Positions 42,333 through 56,343 of a stretch of 64,000 nucleotides of DNA are shown in pieces. Position 1 is the stretch's first letter, and each line of letters opens with the position of its first letter. The position numbers were made by a program, and so were the translations under genes. Source of the DNA: Octopus vulgaris (Eukaryota); assembly GCA_951406725.2 (NCBI GenBank), contig OX597839.1, positions 37,944,001-38,008,000 of the forward strand. The letters are read 5' to 3'. The notes beneath the pieces are model-generated. The model did not search any database and was not told the origin of the DNA. It worked only from the letters and a program-made list of their open reading frames with translations.

Positions 42333-42368
<36 letters not shown>

Positions 42369-42763
42369 AACACACGTATAAAGTCACATAATCATCTTCA
42401 TTAGCTTACAGTTGTTTCTGAGTCGTGTGTGCTTGTGCAGCGGTGTACAGCTTCCTCGGAGCCATTAAAATGAACATACATATTTGCATACACACACACA
42501 CACATGCACACACACACACTCACACACACACAGACTCACATACACACATAATACAATATAATATAGTATATATAATTATATATACATACATGTGGAGGCG
42601 CAATGGCCCAGTGGTTAGGGCAGCGGACTCACAGTTGTAGGATCGGGACTCTTTGTCAATCACATGATGATGATGACGACGACGATGATGACAACGACAA
42701 GGGTGATGATAGTGATAGTGACGACGACGACGATGATGATGATGGTGATGCGACGATGATGAA

Positions 42764-42801
<38 letters not shown>

Positions 42802-43876
42802 CGATGATGGTGATGGTAATGAAGATATTGATGATGATAACGATGATTATGATGATGATGATGATGATGATGACAACGACGATGGCGATGATAGTGATAG
42901 TGATGACGATGATGATGATACGACGACGATGATGATACGACGATGATGATGATGAAGTGATTATGGTGATGGTGATGATGATGATGATGATGATGATGTC
43001 GATGACGACGATGACGATGACGATGACGATGATGATGATGAAGATGATAATGAAGATGATGATGATAGGATGAATCAACAGCATGGGAATCTGCACCTAC
43101 CAAACTTAGTAGGGAACTTCGTCGTTAGCAACAATACACAGTATTATCCCCCCGTGTGTTGGGGAAGAGAAAATGGTGGTGCGTCTCTCTCTCCGCTGCG
43201 GGAAGGACCTAAAATGGCGACAGAGCTAACCCAGGAGGATAAAAAGAAAGAAAAATAGCAAAGTAAAATAAAATAAAATAAGGATTCATTAATAAATAAA
43301 ATCAGTCAATGATTAACCAGCTATATACGAAGGAATTAATAATTAACGATATGAAGAAGGGTGAGAAAAAACATATTATGTTAAGACTATATACCTGTCA
43401 AAGTATTTGATAATTAAGATATCAAATGACGCAGGATAAATGATTGCATGCCATGTTATATAACAACTTGTTATAGATTCATCAAGAGCTGTATAAATTA
43501 CGGCAATTAAAATTAACGTTAATTACAAGGTTTCTTAATTAACAACGAAGACCTATAGTTGTGAGGGGTGTGTCAGTTCCCTCAATGACATCGTGGTTTT
43601 ATTTTATATTTTCTTATATATATTTTTTTATTTGATTATTATTTTTGTTTGTGGGGGTGGGGAGTGTGTGTGTGTGTGTGTTTTTTTTGTTTGGTTCTTT
43701 TCTGTAATTGTGTGTTTGTTAATTTTTTTTTTTGTTTTGTCTTGTGGTTATTTCTGCCTGTTTATTTTGTTGTTTTTGTTTTGTAAGATTGTCGTTCGGG
43801 TTGTTTTTGATGAGCAAGTGGGGGTCGAGGGTGACGGAAGATAAACAGTTATTATGCTAGAACCTTCACCAGCACT

Positions 43877-43919
<43 letters not shown>

Positions 43920-44922
43920 ACTATCATCATCATCATCATCATCCCCACCACCACTACTCTCACCATTGGCTATCACCACTACCACCACCGACATCACTAC
44001 CATCATTACGATGACCTCTCCTACAATCACCATCATCATCATCATCACCATCACCATCACTATCGCCACCACCACCACTACTACTAACACCACTATTACC
44101 GCCATCACAATAACCACCACCACCACTACCACCTCCACCACCACCACCATCACCACCACCACCACCACCACCACCACTACCATTACTAACACCATAGCAA
44201 CCACCATTATCTTCAATACCATCACCAAACTACTACAGCAACACAACAACCTACCTTCACCATAAACAGGTAAAACCAGCTAAACCCCCACTATTCTGGG
44301 CCCTAAATAATTAAAACACAAATAAACGCCCACAAAATAAGTGTGCAGTTAAGACACTCATTTAGCAACCACTCGGTAATTGGTTCGATCCCTCTGCGTA
44401 GCACTTCGGTTGTCTTCTATCATGGGCCTCAGCTCGAGGAAAAAACCTCGCCAGCGAAATCTGTCAAAGAGAAGACTGTATGGAAGCACATTGGTGATAC
44501 AATTTCGATTCACCTAGTTTTCACATTACCAGCTAAAGTTTGGATGACTTTTAAAGCAATGTTTTTCACTCTGTCGTAAGCATTCATGATGACAGATCTC
44601 TTGGTCGATGAGAACTTCTTTCCTTCTTCTTTTCTTTGAATCTGATCACAGACACCGCAAAAACCGGGTCTTGCGTATCGTCTTTCATTTCTTTCTTTCT
44701 TTTTTTTTCTTTTTTTCTTTCTCACTTTCTTTCTTTCTTTCTTTTATCTTTCTCTCTCTCTTTCTTTCTTTCTTTCTTTTTTTCTTTCTTTCTTTCCTTC
44801 CTTCTTTCTCTCTCTTTCATTCTTTCTCTCTTTCTCTATCTGTTTCTTTGTCTTTGTTTATTTGTTTCTTTCTTTCTTTCTGTCTTTGTATATTTGTTTG
44901 CTTTTTTCTTTCTTTCTTCCTG

Positions 44923-44966
<44 letters not shown>

Positions 44967-45098
44967 TTTCTTTCTCTCTCTTTCATTCTTTCTCTCTTTC
45001 TCTATTTGTTTCTTTCTTTCTATCCTTGATTGTTTGTTTGCTTGCTTCTTTCTTCTTTCTTTTTTTCCTTATGTCATTCGAATAGAAAATATAATGTG

Positions 45099-45499
45099 GT
45101 ATGTAGATTGCTTACGAACCACATGGTTCCGGGTTCAGTCCCACTCCGTGGCACCTTGGGCAAGTGTCTTTGGTCGGCCTCGGTCCGACCAAAGCCTTGT
45201 GAGTTGATTTGGTGGACGGAAACTGAAAGAAGCCCGTTGTATATATGTATATATATGTGTGTGTGTATATGTGTGTGTATATGTTTGTGTGTCTGTGTTT
45301 GTCCCCCCCCCCAACATCGCTTGACAACCGATGTTGGTGTGTTTATGTCTCTGTAACCTAGTGGTTCGGCAAAAGAGACCGATAGAATAAGTACTAGGCT
45401 TACAAAGAATAAGTCCTACGGTCGATTTACTCGACTAAAAGGCGGTGTTCTAGCATGGCCACAGTCAAATGACTGAAACAAGTAAAAGAGTAAAAGAGA
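45099..45499 (+). mobile_element. SINE family 2
   Basis: CORE-like block, internal microsatellite and tail. Confidence 0.88.
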
Positions 45500-46195
45500 T
45501 CCGGTTCGCGGTTCACCACAGACTGTGTGTGACAGTCATCGCTGAATATCTCACCCCAGAACAGACTGCCCGCGAGGCACAGGACCAATTCGCCCCGCAA
45601 CAGACTGTATAACCAACATTGGGGGGTAACTTAACCCAGGACCAACTCCCTGTTGAAAACTGGGGTAACTTACTTTAGTACGAACAGAATTTTAAGCCAT
45701 GGTCAGAAACCGTCTCCAAAGAAACGTATCACATTGGCGTCACTAAATATCTTCATTATCGCTTCGGCTCGTTTGAAGGATTTTCTCTGTCTGTTTGTCT
45801 GTCTGGCTCGTGGGTTCTCTCTTTCTTTCTTTCTATCTCTCTTTCGCCTTCTCTTACCTTTTATTTTCCTCACTTTTTCTTTCTCTCTCTCTCTTTTTCT
45901 CTCTCTTCCTCTTTCTCTCTTTGTTTGTTTCTCTCTTCCTGATTCTCTTCACTCCTTTCTCTCTCTGGATTTTTTGGCTTCCTGTATATCAATTAATCTC
46001 TCTTCCTCTATCTCTGTCTCTATCCGTCAGTTTGTCTGTCTGTCTGTCTGTCTGCTTGCCTGTCTGTCTGTCTGTCTCTGTAATCTATCTGCATCACTTT
46101 CGAAAGAAACTTAATACTTCCAGACGCCGTGTTTAAGTATCATAGATCTGCTCCGCTCTCTGTCTGTCAGGCTGCCTGGCTGGCAAGTGGGCTCT

Positions 46196-46226
<31 letters not shown>

Positions 46227-46941
46227 ATTCTCTCTCTCTCTCTTTCTCATTCTCTCTCTCTCTCTTTGTCTGTCTGTCTGTCTCCCTTTTCACCTGTCTG
46301 GGAAGAAACAGACGCATCCTCTTCGCCTTAACTTGCATTCATCATCTTCATTATTACCAACAGCTCCTCCACCACCACCACCACCACCACCACTACCACC
46401 ACCACCACCACCACCACCACCACCACCAACACCAACACCAACACTGCCGCCGCCGCCACCACCACAATCACCATCGACCATCGTCGTCGTCGTCGTCGTC
46501 GCCATCAGCAACATCATTATTATTAAGATATCATTATCAACATTATTATTATTATCAACAATATCATCACCATCATCATCATCATCATCATCATCATCAT
46601 TAACAACAACAATAACACCATCATATTCCTCTCTCTTTCTCCTTTTCCCTCATTTTTTCTCTCTCATTCATCCTCTTTCTCTCTCAGTCTCACTCTTCAC
46701 CTGTTTGTGGAAGAGAGAGAGACAGAGAAACAGAGAAAGAGAGAGAGAGCTACCTTTGTTTCCTCATTCTCGCCATCCCAACCATCTCTGTTTCATTCTT
46801 CCTCTCTCTCTCTCTCTCTCATTCTTTACCTGTTTGTGGAAGAGAGAGAGAGACAGACAGAGAGAAAGAGAGAGAGAGAAAGAGAGAGAGAGAGTTACCT
46901 TTATGTTTCCCCATCCTTACTCTCGCCATCTCAACCATCTC

Positions 46942-46980
<39 letters not shown>

Positions 46981-47243
46981 CTTTCTCCCTCTCTCTATCT
47001 TCCTCTCTTCCTCACCTGTTCTTCCACCGCTCCTCCCATTCCTCTTAACTAACCATACAACCATCTCTGTCTTCTACTGTGCAAACATTGAGAAAAGATG
47101 ATTCCACTTCCTTCGTCTTCGTCGTCGTCGTCCCCCCCCTCCCCCTCCTCCTCCTCCTCCTCCTCCTCCTCGTTTGCTAAAATAATTCTTCCTCGTCACT
47201 TGATGACTGCCTTTGATCCATACAACATCAAAATACAGCTCAC

Positions 47244-47284
<41 letters not shown>

Positions 47285-47639
47285 ATATATAATCAGCCGA
47301 AATTGCGAGGATGATCCGGTTCTTGACTGAAGACTGAAGGCTTCGAATGTCCCGCCCGTGTTTTTTGTATCGTCTTCTAAATGTTTTGCGTTCTTGTTCC
47401 AGTTTGCATTTTTTTTACATATATATATATATATTTATTTATTTATATATTTATATATATAAGGTACAGGTATGACTTTGTGGACAAGAACCTTACTTCG
47501 AACCACATAGCTTTAGGTTCAGTTCCGTTGCATGGCACCTTGGGCAAGTGCCTTCTACTATGCCCACGGACCGACCAAAGCCTTTTGAGTGGATGTGGTA
47601 AATGTAAATTATAAGAATCCCAAGATCGAAAAAAATGTG

Positions 47640-48015
47640 TTAAACTTGAAACGTATGCCTATAAATATTAATGCTTCAGAGATCTTATTTAGTAAGAGTT
47701 TTCTATTATAATACGAAAGATATTAATGGACGTTTTTGGACATAACTTACAGATTTTTTTATTCGTATTTTATGAGGTTGCTTCGGTAATTATTGCGCAA
47801 TCTAATTTATATTCAATATTTTGTTGTTTCAGTTGGTTTAAATATATACACAGGGCAATTGAATTCATTGTGTTGGGATTTATAAAAAAAAATTTACGTG
47901 TCCTCGATATCTCGTCTTAGAATCAATTGTACTTCCTATATAAATTTTCTTACATTCACTGAAGGTAGTAAATTCACATTTATATACAACGATTTTCTTT
48001 AAACAGGAACCTTTT
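47640..48015 (-). pseudogene. Penelope-like element GIY-YIG endonuclease / C-terminal remnant
   Basis: [26 protein letters not shown], then with frameshifts ICKLCPK and NKISE, the usual motif order at the PLE ORF C-terminus. Confidence 0.75.
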
Positions 48016-48152
48016 ACATGCATGCATATACACATACATGCATACATGCATGCATATATACCCAGTATGCCAAAGAGTCTTCTTCCAAAGCCTCGGGCTG
48101 AACAATGCTTTGCGAATGAATTTGATCGACGGCAACTGTGTTGAAGACCGTC

Positions 48153-48224
<72 letters not shown>

Positions 48225-48309
48225 GTATGTATGTATGTATGTATGTATGTATGTATGTATGTATGTGTGTGTGTATGTATGTATGTATGTATATATATAC
48301 ATATATATA

Positions 48310-48629
48310 GGAGCACTCCGTCGGTTACGACGAGGAGTGTTCCAGCTGATCCAATCAACGGAATAGCTTGCTCGTGAAATTAATGTGCAAGTGGCTGAGT
48401 ACTCCACAGACACGTGTACCCTTAACTTAGTTCACAGTAATATTCAGCGTGACACAGAGTGTGACCATGCTGGCCCTTTTAAATACACTACTACTCATTT
48501 TTGCCAGCTGAGTGGACTGGAGCAACGTGAAATAAAGTGTCTTGCTCAAGGACACAACGCGTCGCCGGGAATTGAACTCACGACATTACGATCGTGAACC
48601 GAATACCCCTAACCACTAAGCCACGCGCC
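48310..48629 (-). mobile_element. SINE with family 4 head/core and family 3 tail
   Basis: ggcgcgtggcttagtggtt..gtgtccttgagcaagacact..aaaaatgagtag, then gtcacgctgaatat..gtaaccgacggagtgct. Confidence 0.85.
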
Positions 48630-48658
48630 ATCACACAAACATCTATATATATTTTGGG

Positions 48659-49041
48659 GGAAGCACTCCGTCGGTTACAACGACGAGGGTTCCGGTTGAT
48701 CCGAATCAACGGAACAGCCTGCTCGCGAAATTAACGTGTAAGTGGCTGAGCACTCCACAGACACGTGCACCCTTAACGTAGTTCTCGGGGATATTCAGCG
48801 TGACACAGAGAGTGACAAGGCCGGCCCCTTGAAATACAGGTACAACAGAAACAGGAAGTAAGAGTGAGAGAAATTTGTGGTGAGAGAGTACAGCAGGGAT
48901 CACCACCATTCCCTGCCGGAGCCTCATGGAGCTTTAGGTGTTTTCGTTCAAGAAACACTCACAACGCCCGGTCTGGGAATCGAAACCGCGATCCTACGAC
49001 CGCGAGTCCGCTGCCCTAACCACTGGGCCATTGCGCCTCCA
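48659..49041 (-). mobile_element. SINE family 3, full length
   Basis: Near-identical reverse complement of 25138-25521. Confidence 0.93.
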
Positions 49042-49282
49042 CATATATATATTATGTAGCCACAGTTTAGCGGTACGTGAAATGGAAACGACATACCACA
49101 ACTTAAAAAAAAGAAAAACAAAAGTACTGAAGTCGACTAATTCGACAAAAGCACTTCCAAGCAGTGCTCTAGCATGGCCGCAGTCCAGTGACTGAATCAA
49201 GTAAACGAGGAAACAACGATGCATATATATGTGGCGGCGTAGTAGAAGTGAAGCATTGAAGCAAAGCCCAGATAATCGATCA

Positions 49283-49500
49283 TTTTCTACTCTAGGCCCA
49301 AAGGCCCGAAATTTTTGGTGAGGGGGGGGGAGGGGCAGTCGATTAGATCCCCCCCCCAGTGCGTAACTGGTACTTAATTTATCGACCCTGAAATTACGAG
49401 ACGCAAAGTTGACCTCGGTGGAATTTGAACTCAGAACGTAAAGACGGGCGAAATGCTGCTAAGCATTTTACACGGCGTGCTAACGATTCTGCCTCCTCGC
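49283..49500 (-). mobile_element. SINE family 1 variant
   Basis: ctggtacttaatttatcgacc..gaatttgaactc..ggcgtgctaacgattctgcc. Confidence 0.8.
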
Positions 49501-49514
49501 CGGCGTGTGTATGC

Positions 49515-49561
<47 letters not shown>

Positions 49562-49577
49562 TATATACATATATATA

Positions 49578-49638
<61 letters not shown>

Positions 49639-49649
49639 TATATACATAC

Positions 49650-49724
<75 letters not shown>

Positions 49725-49725
49725 C

Positions 49726-49757
<32 letters not shown>

Positions 49758-50171
49758 ATATTTATTTATATATATATACATATATATAAATATATATGAA
49801 TGTATATATATATATGTATATACATACATATGTATATGTGTGTGTGAGTGTGTATGTATGTATGTGTGTGTGAGTGTGTGTGTGTGAGTGTTTGTGTGTA
49901 AGTGTGTATGTATACATATTCCTTCATATAAACTTATTGCATTTGATTAACCCCTGCCAACAAATATGGATAAACAAGGCCACAGGTTCAATATATCAGG
50001 GGTCACTCTGGTCATAACTGTCAGCTGAAAATAAGAAGTTCACGTGGGTTTCTATCTTATATCGATTGTAAATGCGGATATATATGTATCCATGCAAATG
50101 TGTGTATGTATGTATTTGTCTGTGTATACATGTTGACGTGTGTCTGTATATCTTGAGAAACTTATCTATCA

Positions 50172-50318
<147 letters not shown>

Positions 50319-50342
50319 ATATATATATATATAAATATATAT

Positions 50343-50374
<32 letters not shown>

Positions 50375-50443
50375 CGATCTATCTACGTATCTATCTGTCA
50401 ATCTATCTATTCATCTGTCTAGCTAGCTATTTGTTTGTATATA

Positions 50444-50508
<65 letters not shown>

Positions 50509-50860
50509 TGTGTATGTATGTATATATATATCTGTGTATGTATGTATGTATGTATGTGTGTATGTATGCATGCATGCATGCATGTATGTATGTATGTATG
50601 TATGTATGTATGTATGTATGTACGTATAAGTTAACCAGTTACAATCGTTTACTTTACTTCTAATTAATATTCGGAATCCTGGTTATGTTCCAACTCAAGA
50701 ATCTAGAAGTTCTGTGTGATACTGAAATATGTCAGACGTTATCGGTTGTGGCCTCTTAGCTGGTGGTTAAGTGGCGACTATATTGTCTAGGGTTGTCATG
50801 TGCTGTGAGAGTATACCATTTTATTATTAGTGATAATAATCATATATGTATGTATGTATG

Positions 50861-50941
<81 letters not shown>

Positions 50942-50948
50942 GTATATT

Positions 50949-51002
<54 letters not shown>

Positions 51003-51041
51003 TATATATATATATATACATACATATATTTCCTCGTGTTC

Positions 51042-51077
51042 CTTTCTGTTGAAGAGCGTAGGTTCGAGACGTAAAAG
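51042..51077 (+). ncRNA. Degenerate hammerhead motif, family A-related
   Basis: CTTT-CTGTTGA-A-GAGC-GTAG-GTTC-GAG-ACGT-A-AAAG. Stems are kept, with two core substitutions. Confidence 0.6.
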
Positions 51078-51179
51078 ACTTTCTCACTTTCCCGCTCGTC
51101 AAACTAATACGTTGTTTATACACCTGTCTTCGTCTTTTGCTTTTCTGTAAAAAAAAATTTCGACTATATACATACATAC

Positions 51180-51210
<31 letters not shown>

Positions 51211-51525
51211 CATGTGCATGTGCGTGTGTGCATATATATATATATATTTATATATGTATGTATAAGCATACATACACCACACACATAAGCACTTATTCAT
51301 ATGTATTTATATATTCGTCCCGTGGATTTTAAACCGTAGATTGCGCGACAGGCAACCAGTATTCAGATCTTTACTCATTGCCTGCCACTAAACCTACTAT
51401 GTGAACTTGTCCTGCATCGCTTAAGTGAAAACTCCCTGTAACTTTATTTTACTTTGTGTGTCTCTCTCTTTTCTTCCACTCTCTGTACGATGCAAAGCAT
51501 AACCAGAGAAATCAACCAAGCAACT

Positions 51526-51914
51526 GAAATGGAAGCACTCCGTCGGTAACGTCGATGAGGGTTCCGGTTGATCCGAATCAACGGAACAGCCTGCTTGTGA
51601 AATTAACGTGTAAGTGGCTGAGCACTCCACAGACACGTGTACCCTTAACGTAGTTCTCGGGGATATTCAGCGTGACACAGAGAGTGACAAGGCCGGCCCT
51701 TTGAAATACAGGTACAACAGAAACAGGAAGTAAGAGTGAGAGAAAGTTGTGGTGAAAGAGTACAGCAGGGATCCCCACCATCCCCTGCCGGAGCCTCGTA
51801 GAGCTTTAGGTGTTTTCGCTCAATAAACGCTCACAACGCCCGGTCTGGGAATCGAAACCGCGATACTATGACCGCGAGTCCGCTGCCCTAACCACTGGGC
51901 CATTGCGCCTCCAC
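51526..51914 (-). mobile_element. SINE family 3 with 11-bp TSD
   Basis: TSD ACCAAGCAACT at 51515-51525 and 51915-51925. Confidence 0.93.
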
Positions 51915-52869
51915 ACCAAGCAACTAACCAACCGCCCAATCACCGAACAGCTAGCATGTATATCGTCTGCTTTTATACAAATACTTTCTGAAGTGTCTAT
52001 AAAGTAATAGCAGTTATGTAATTTTAAATATGGCGTCGATGATTTCCTCTCAGTTACACAATTATCCTCAAGACCCTCTACGACTAAATACAAATTGCGC
52101 GAATTACACGCTATTAACGGCACTTTATATTTGAAAAGGGGATTATGAAATATCTCGGAACATTAACAGATTAACGGATTTAGAAACGTTATTTTTCCAA
52201 TCTAAACATGAAAACATAAGAAAATATGAAAAGATAAAAGCCTTATGCAAACGGTTCAAATTTCAAGGTATTCTTGGTTTAATATAGAATATTAGAAACG
52301 CGTACTGATCCCTATTTAGTCACATGAACTCACTCATACATACATATGGGTAACTGAATAATGATGATAGTGTTAATAATGTTCGTACATCGTTGTGTAT
52401 TTTGCGTATATCCTTGACTGTATATAAAATTACGTTAATTTTAGTTTTATTCTAATGAAGCGTTTCTTCGCCAGTATTAAATTTTACCTCCTCGGGGATA
52501 AAATTAAAAGTTCACATAGTCAAGGTTAGATATGTCATGCGTGAAAATGTAGAATTAATTCTGTAATAGAAATCTTAATATCCAAGTTATATCAACTGTT
52601 TTATACATACATACATACATACATACATACATACATACACACATGAGTATGTGTGTGTTGTTTCATCATACGAATTTAGAAACTTCGAGAGACGTGAAAT
52701 AATTAGGTTTAAAGTGTGATACTCGAAGTATTTAAAGCTATAAATAAAAAGTCTGCCCATGATCAACCTTTGATTATTTCTGTACAAAGACTTTTTTTAA
52801 TCCAATATCTACACGCTATTATTTACAGCTTAATATAGTTCGAGTTCCAGTGCTCAAAATGATATATAT

Positions 52870-52966
<97 letters not shown>

Positions 52967-52984
52967 AATACATACATACATTTT

Positions 52985-53105
52985 TATTTATTCATTTATT
53001 TATTTATCTAGTTTCAGCTCACAAGCTTTGGCCATGCTGGGGCACCGCCATTTGGTGTTGCTACATGATTTTTCTTCACGAATGCTTTTTAGCAATTGCC
53101 ATTTG
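52985..53105 (-). mobile_element. 3' tail of a CR1-type LINE related to the 29104 element
   Basis: Minus strand aaatggcggtgccccagcatggcc...tgagctgaaactagataaataaa. Confidence 0.65.
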
Positions 53106-53221
53106 GTGCATGAGAGAGTTATATATATGTATACATAAATACACGCAAACACACGCATATATATATATATACACACATACATACATACATACATACATAC
53201 ATACATACATACATACATACA

Positions 53222-53254
<33 letters not shown>

Positions 53255-53343
53255 TTCCATTGTTCTCGGTTCTGTTAACGATTTAGGCGTTCAGGCGAGT
53301 ATACTGGCATTGATGTAGCGACATTTGAAATTTTGTCTTGGTG

Positions 53344-53419
53344 AATCTAGCCGAAGAGAACTAATCACATTTACGTTAACAAACGTATTTTGGAGAGTTC
53401 GAATCCTAGGTCCTAGATT
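53344..53419 (+). ncRNA. Hammerhead motif (family H)
   Basis: AATCTAG-CCGAAGA-GAACT...AGTTC-GAA-TCCTAGGT-C-CTAGATT. 7-bp stem I, 5-bp stem II base, CCTAGG palindrome, GUC site; A15.1 replaced by T. Confidence 0.75.
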
Positions 53420-53592
53420 ATCCGCATCTGTGTTGTACATTTATCTAATGTTCTTCCTAGAGATAAAACGAAATTTCTATGTTCTCCGCCCGCAAACATC
53501 CTTTGCTAGTATATATACAGTGAAGCTTTACTATAGCGTCGTATATTATCGATTGCTATTTCTATTAAATATTGGTGCTTTGTTGTACCACT

Positions 53593-53662
<70 letters not shown>

Positions 53663-53870
53663 TATATACATATATAAGAAGTACAAAAGACCAAATTTTA
53701 GAGAAACATTATAATTCAAATAGATTTCAACAACTGTTTCATTAGGAATAAACATCATTAATGCCATAATTACACAAGATACGTATTAAGATAATTAAGA
53801 TGCATAATTCATTAATATAAACGCAGTTAATTAATCGTGTGTGTTTATGTGTGAGTGTGTGTCTGTATGT

Positions 53871-53910
<40 letters not shown>

Positions 53911-54109
53911 CTATAGTCGTAAAAGGAAATAACGATTAGCAAGTCACACATACTCAGCTTTAAATATATGTGCTTCCGGTCTGCTGAACTGAGCAGGGCA
54001 CTCTCTCGTGCCATCGCATTCTACGTCAATGTGAAGCGAATCGTATGTACATACATACATACATACATACATACATACATACATACACACATATATGTAT
54101 ATGTGTGAA

Positions 54110-54263
<154 letters not shown>

Positions 54264-54534
54264 GCTGTGTGTGAGCGTGCGTATATATAGTTATGTTTAT
54301 ATCAATGTATGTTTAAAGGCATCTCATTAACAAATTAATAGACCAGACCAAAACTTACAATAACGCAAAAAAAACAAACAAAAGAATAACAGAAGAAAGA
54401 TTTAAAAATTAAAAGAATTTAAAAAAAAAAATCAATACCTAGCTATTTTTTACCATCAATAAATATTTCTGAATCTGGTGGAAAATCTATATTGGTCTGG
54501 TGAGGGTGGGGGACTGTAAAAAAAAAAAATAAAT

Positions 54535-54705
54535 AAATAAATACGTAAGTAAAAAAATAACCCACGAAAATATTCAATATTTTTAATTTATTTATTTTCT
54601 TTTAAAAATGTAAAAATTAAAAACAAAAATAAATACGTAAGTAAAAAATAACCCACGAAAATATTCAATATTTTATATTTATTTATTTATTTTCTTTTAA
54701 AAATT
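54535..54705. repeat. ~92-bp AT-rich tandem duplication
   Basis: aaatacgtaagtaaaaaa.taacccacgaaaatattcaatatttt occurs twice. Confidence 0.85.
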
Positions 54706-54974
54706 AATTTTTTTTTGCTACTGGAGCCGAAGTACAAAAGCATTCGTCAAACGCAGGAATTCATTTTGAAATATCTTTTTAGACCTGTTTTCAGGACCAG
54801 TAGAACTCTCGTGTCGCTCTTTCTATACGTGCTGAAAATTGTGAACAAAAATCTGAGCAACACCCCCATACGCCCTCACTTCAACTTGGCGCGAACCTCC
54901 TCCCACCCACCCACACATCGGGAGAAAGAAAATTGTTTCGTATTGTAATATGTTATTTTTGGTCTTGGTTTAGA

Positions 54975-55440
54975 GAGAGGGGGCGAGAAAGAGGGAGCGA
55001 GGGGAGAGAGAAAGGGGAAAGAGAAAGAGGGAGAGAGGGGGGAAAGAGAGAGAGAAAGAGGGAGAGAGAGGGGTGAACAGGGAGAGAAAGAGGGAGAGAG
55101 AGGGGGAAACAGGGAGAGAAAGAGGGAGAGAGAGGGGGAAACAGGGAGAGAAAGAGGGAGAGAGAGGGGGAAACAGGGAGAGAAAGAGGGAGAGAGAGGG
55201 GGAAAGAGGGAGAGAAAGAGGGATAGAGATAGAGGAAAGAGAGAGAGAGAAAGAGGGAGAGAGAGGGGTGAACAGGGAGAGAAAGAGGGAGAGAGAGGGG
55301 GAAACAAGGAGAGAAAGAGGGAGAGAGAGGGGGGAAACAGGGAGAGAAAGAGGGAGAGAATGGGGAAGAGGGAGAGAAAGAGTGAGAGAGATAGAGAAGA
55401 GAGAGAGAGAGAAAGAGGGAGAGAGAGGGGTGAACAGGGA
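54975..55440. repeat. Polypurine minisatellite (~30-bp unit agagggagagagagggggaaacagggagagaa)
   Basis: Direct periodicity; abuts a SINE head. Confidence 0.85.
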
Positions 55441-55763
55441 GTGACTGTATGGTAAATAGCTTGCTTCCCAACCACATGGTTCCGGGTTCAGTCCTACTGC
55501 GTGACACCTACTAAAGCCTTGTTAGTGGATTTGGTAGACGGAAACCGTGTGTGTGTATGTTTGTGTGTCTGGGTTTGTCCCCCCACCAATATCGGCTTGA
55601 CAACCGAGGCTGGTGTGTTTACGTCCCCGTAACCTAGCGGTTTGATAGAATAATTACTAGGCTTACAAAGAATAAGTCCTGGGGTCGATTTGTTCGACTA
55701 AAGGCGATGCTTGCTCAAGCATGGCCGCAGACAAAATGACTGAAACAAATAAACAAATAAAAG
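55437..55763 (+). mobile_element. SINE family 2 with deletions
   Basis: Head, accacatggttccgggttcagtcc and tail. Confidence 0.85.
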
Positions 55764-55961
55764 ATCAACTCTGCAGAGGATTCGAGCAGTTTCCAACCAT
55801 AATGCTTCCTATAGATGTATTTACTTCTTCCCCTGTATTGAGTCCTGTTTGTAAGCTTCGTACGTATAATTCCCAAGAAGGCTCCAATAAAACAGATACA
55901 ACGTTCACCTCTAATGACCGTAGCCTTTGTATCTCCTGCTTCAAATCATCGTATCTGACAC

Positions 55962-56034
55962 GGGCATATGGCGCAGTGGTTCAGAGCGCGGGCTACTAAC
56001 CCCAAGATTCCGAGTTCGATTCGAGGAAGTGACC
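55962..56034 (+). other. tRNA-like unit (SINE head or tRNA pseudogene)
   Basis: TGGCGCAGTGG A-box, GGG-CT-ACT-AA-CCC anticodon-like arm, GAGTTCGATTC B-box; acceptor stem poorly paired; followed by (AAT)n. Confidence 0.6.
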
Positions 56035-56040
56035 TGAATC

Positions 56041-56079
<39 letters not shown>

Positions 56080-56196
56080 GTTCTGTATTTGGGAAATAAG
56101 GAATTATGTACATTATTTACATTTGAGAGATATTTGTCCTCATCTTATTTGTTGTTAACAACAAACAAGATGAGGACAAAAACCCGTCAAATGTAC

Positions 56197-56248
<52 letters not shown>

Positions 56249-56299
56249 TGATGATGATGATGACATCGGAATGAGAACCCAGTTCGGAATTCCTCCAGT

Positions 56300-56343
56300 A
56301 CACCTGAAAAAGGCTGGAGAGTACATCAGCCGAAACGTTGTGT
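56300..56343 (+). ncRNA. Hammerhead motif (family I), G8A variant
   Basis: ACAC-CTGAAAA-A-GGCTG-GAGAGTACAT-CAGCC-GAA-ACGT-T-GTGT. The downstream sequence also occurs as a palindrome centred at ~56156. Confidence 0.7.

Noticed and set aside
55962-56034. Functional tRNA-Ser(ACT) gene
   Set aside because: Acceptor and T stems pair poorly, there is no long variable arm and no poly-T terminator; treated as a SINE head or pseudogene.
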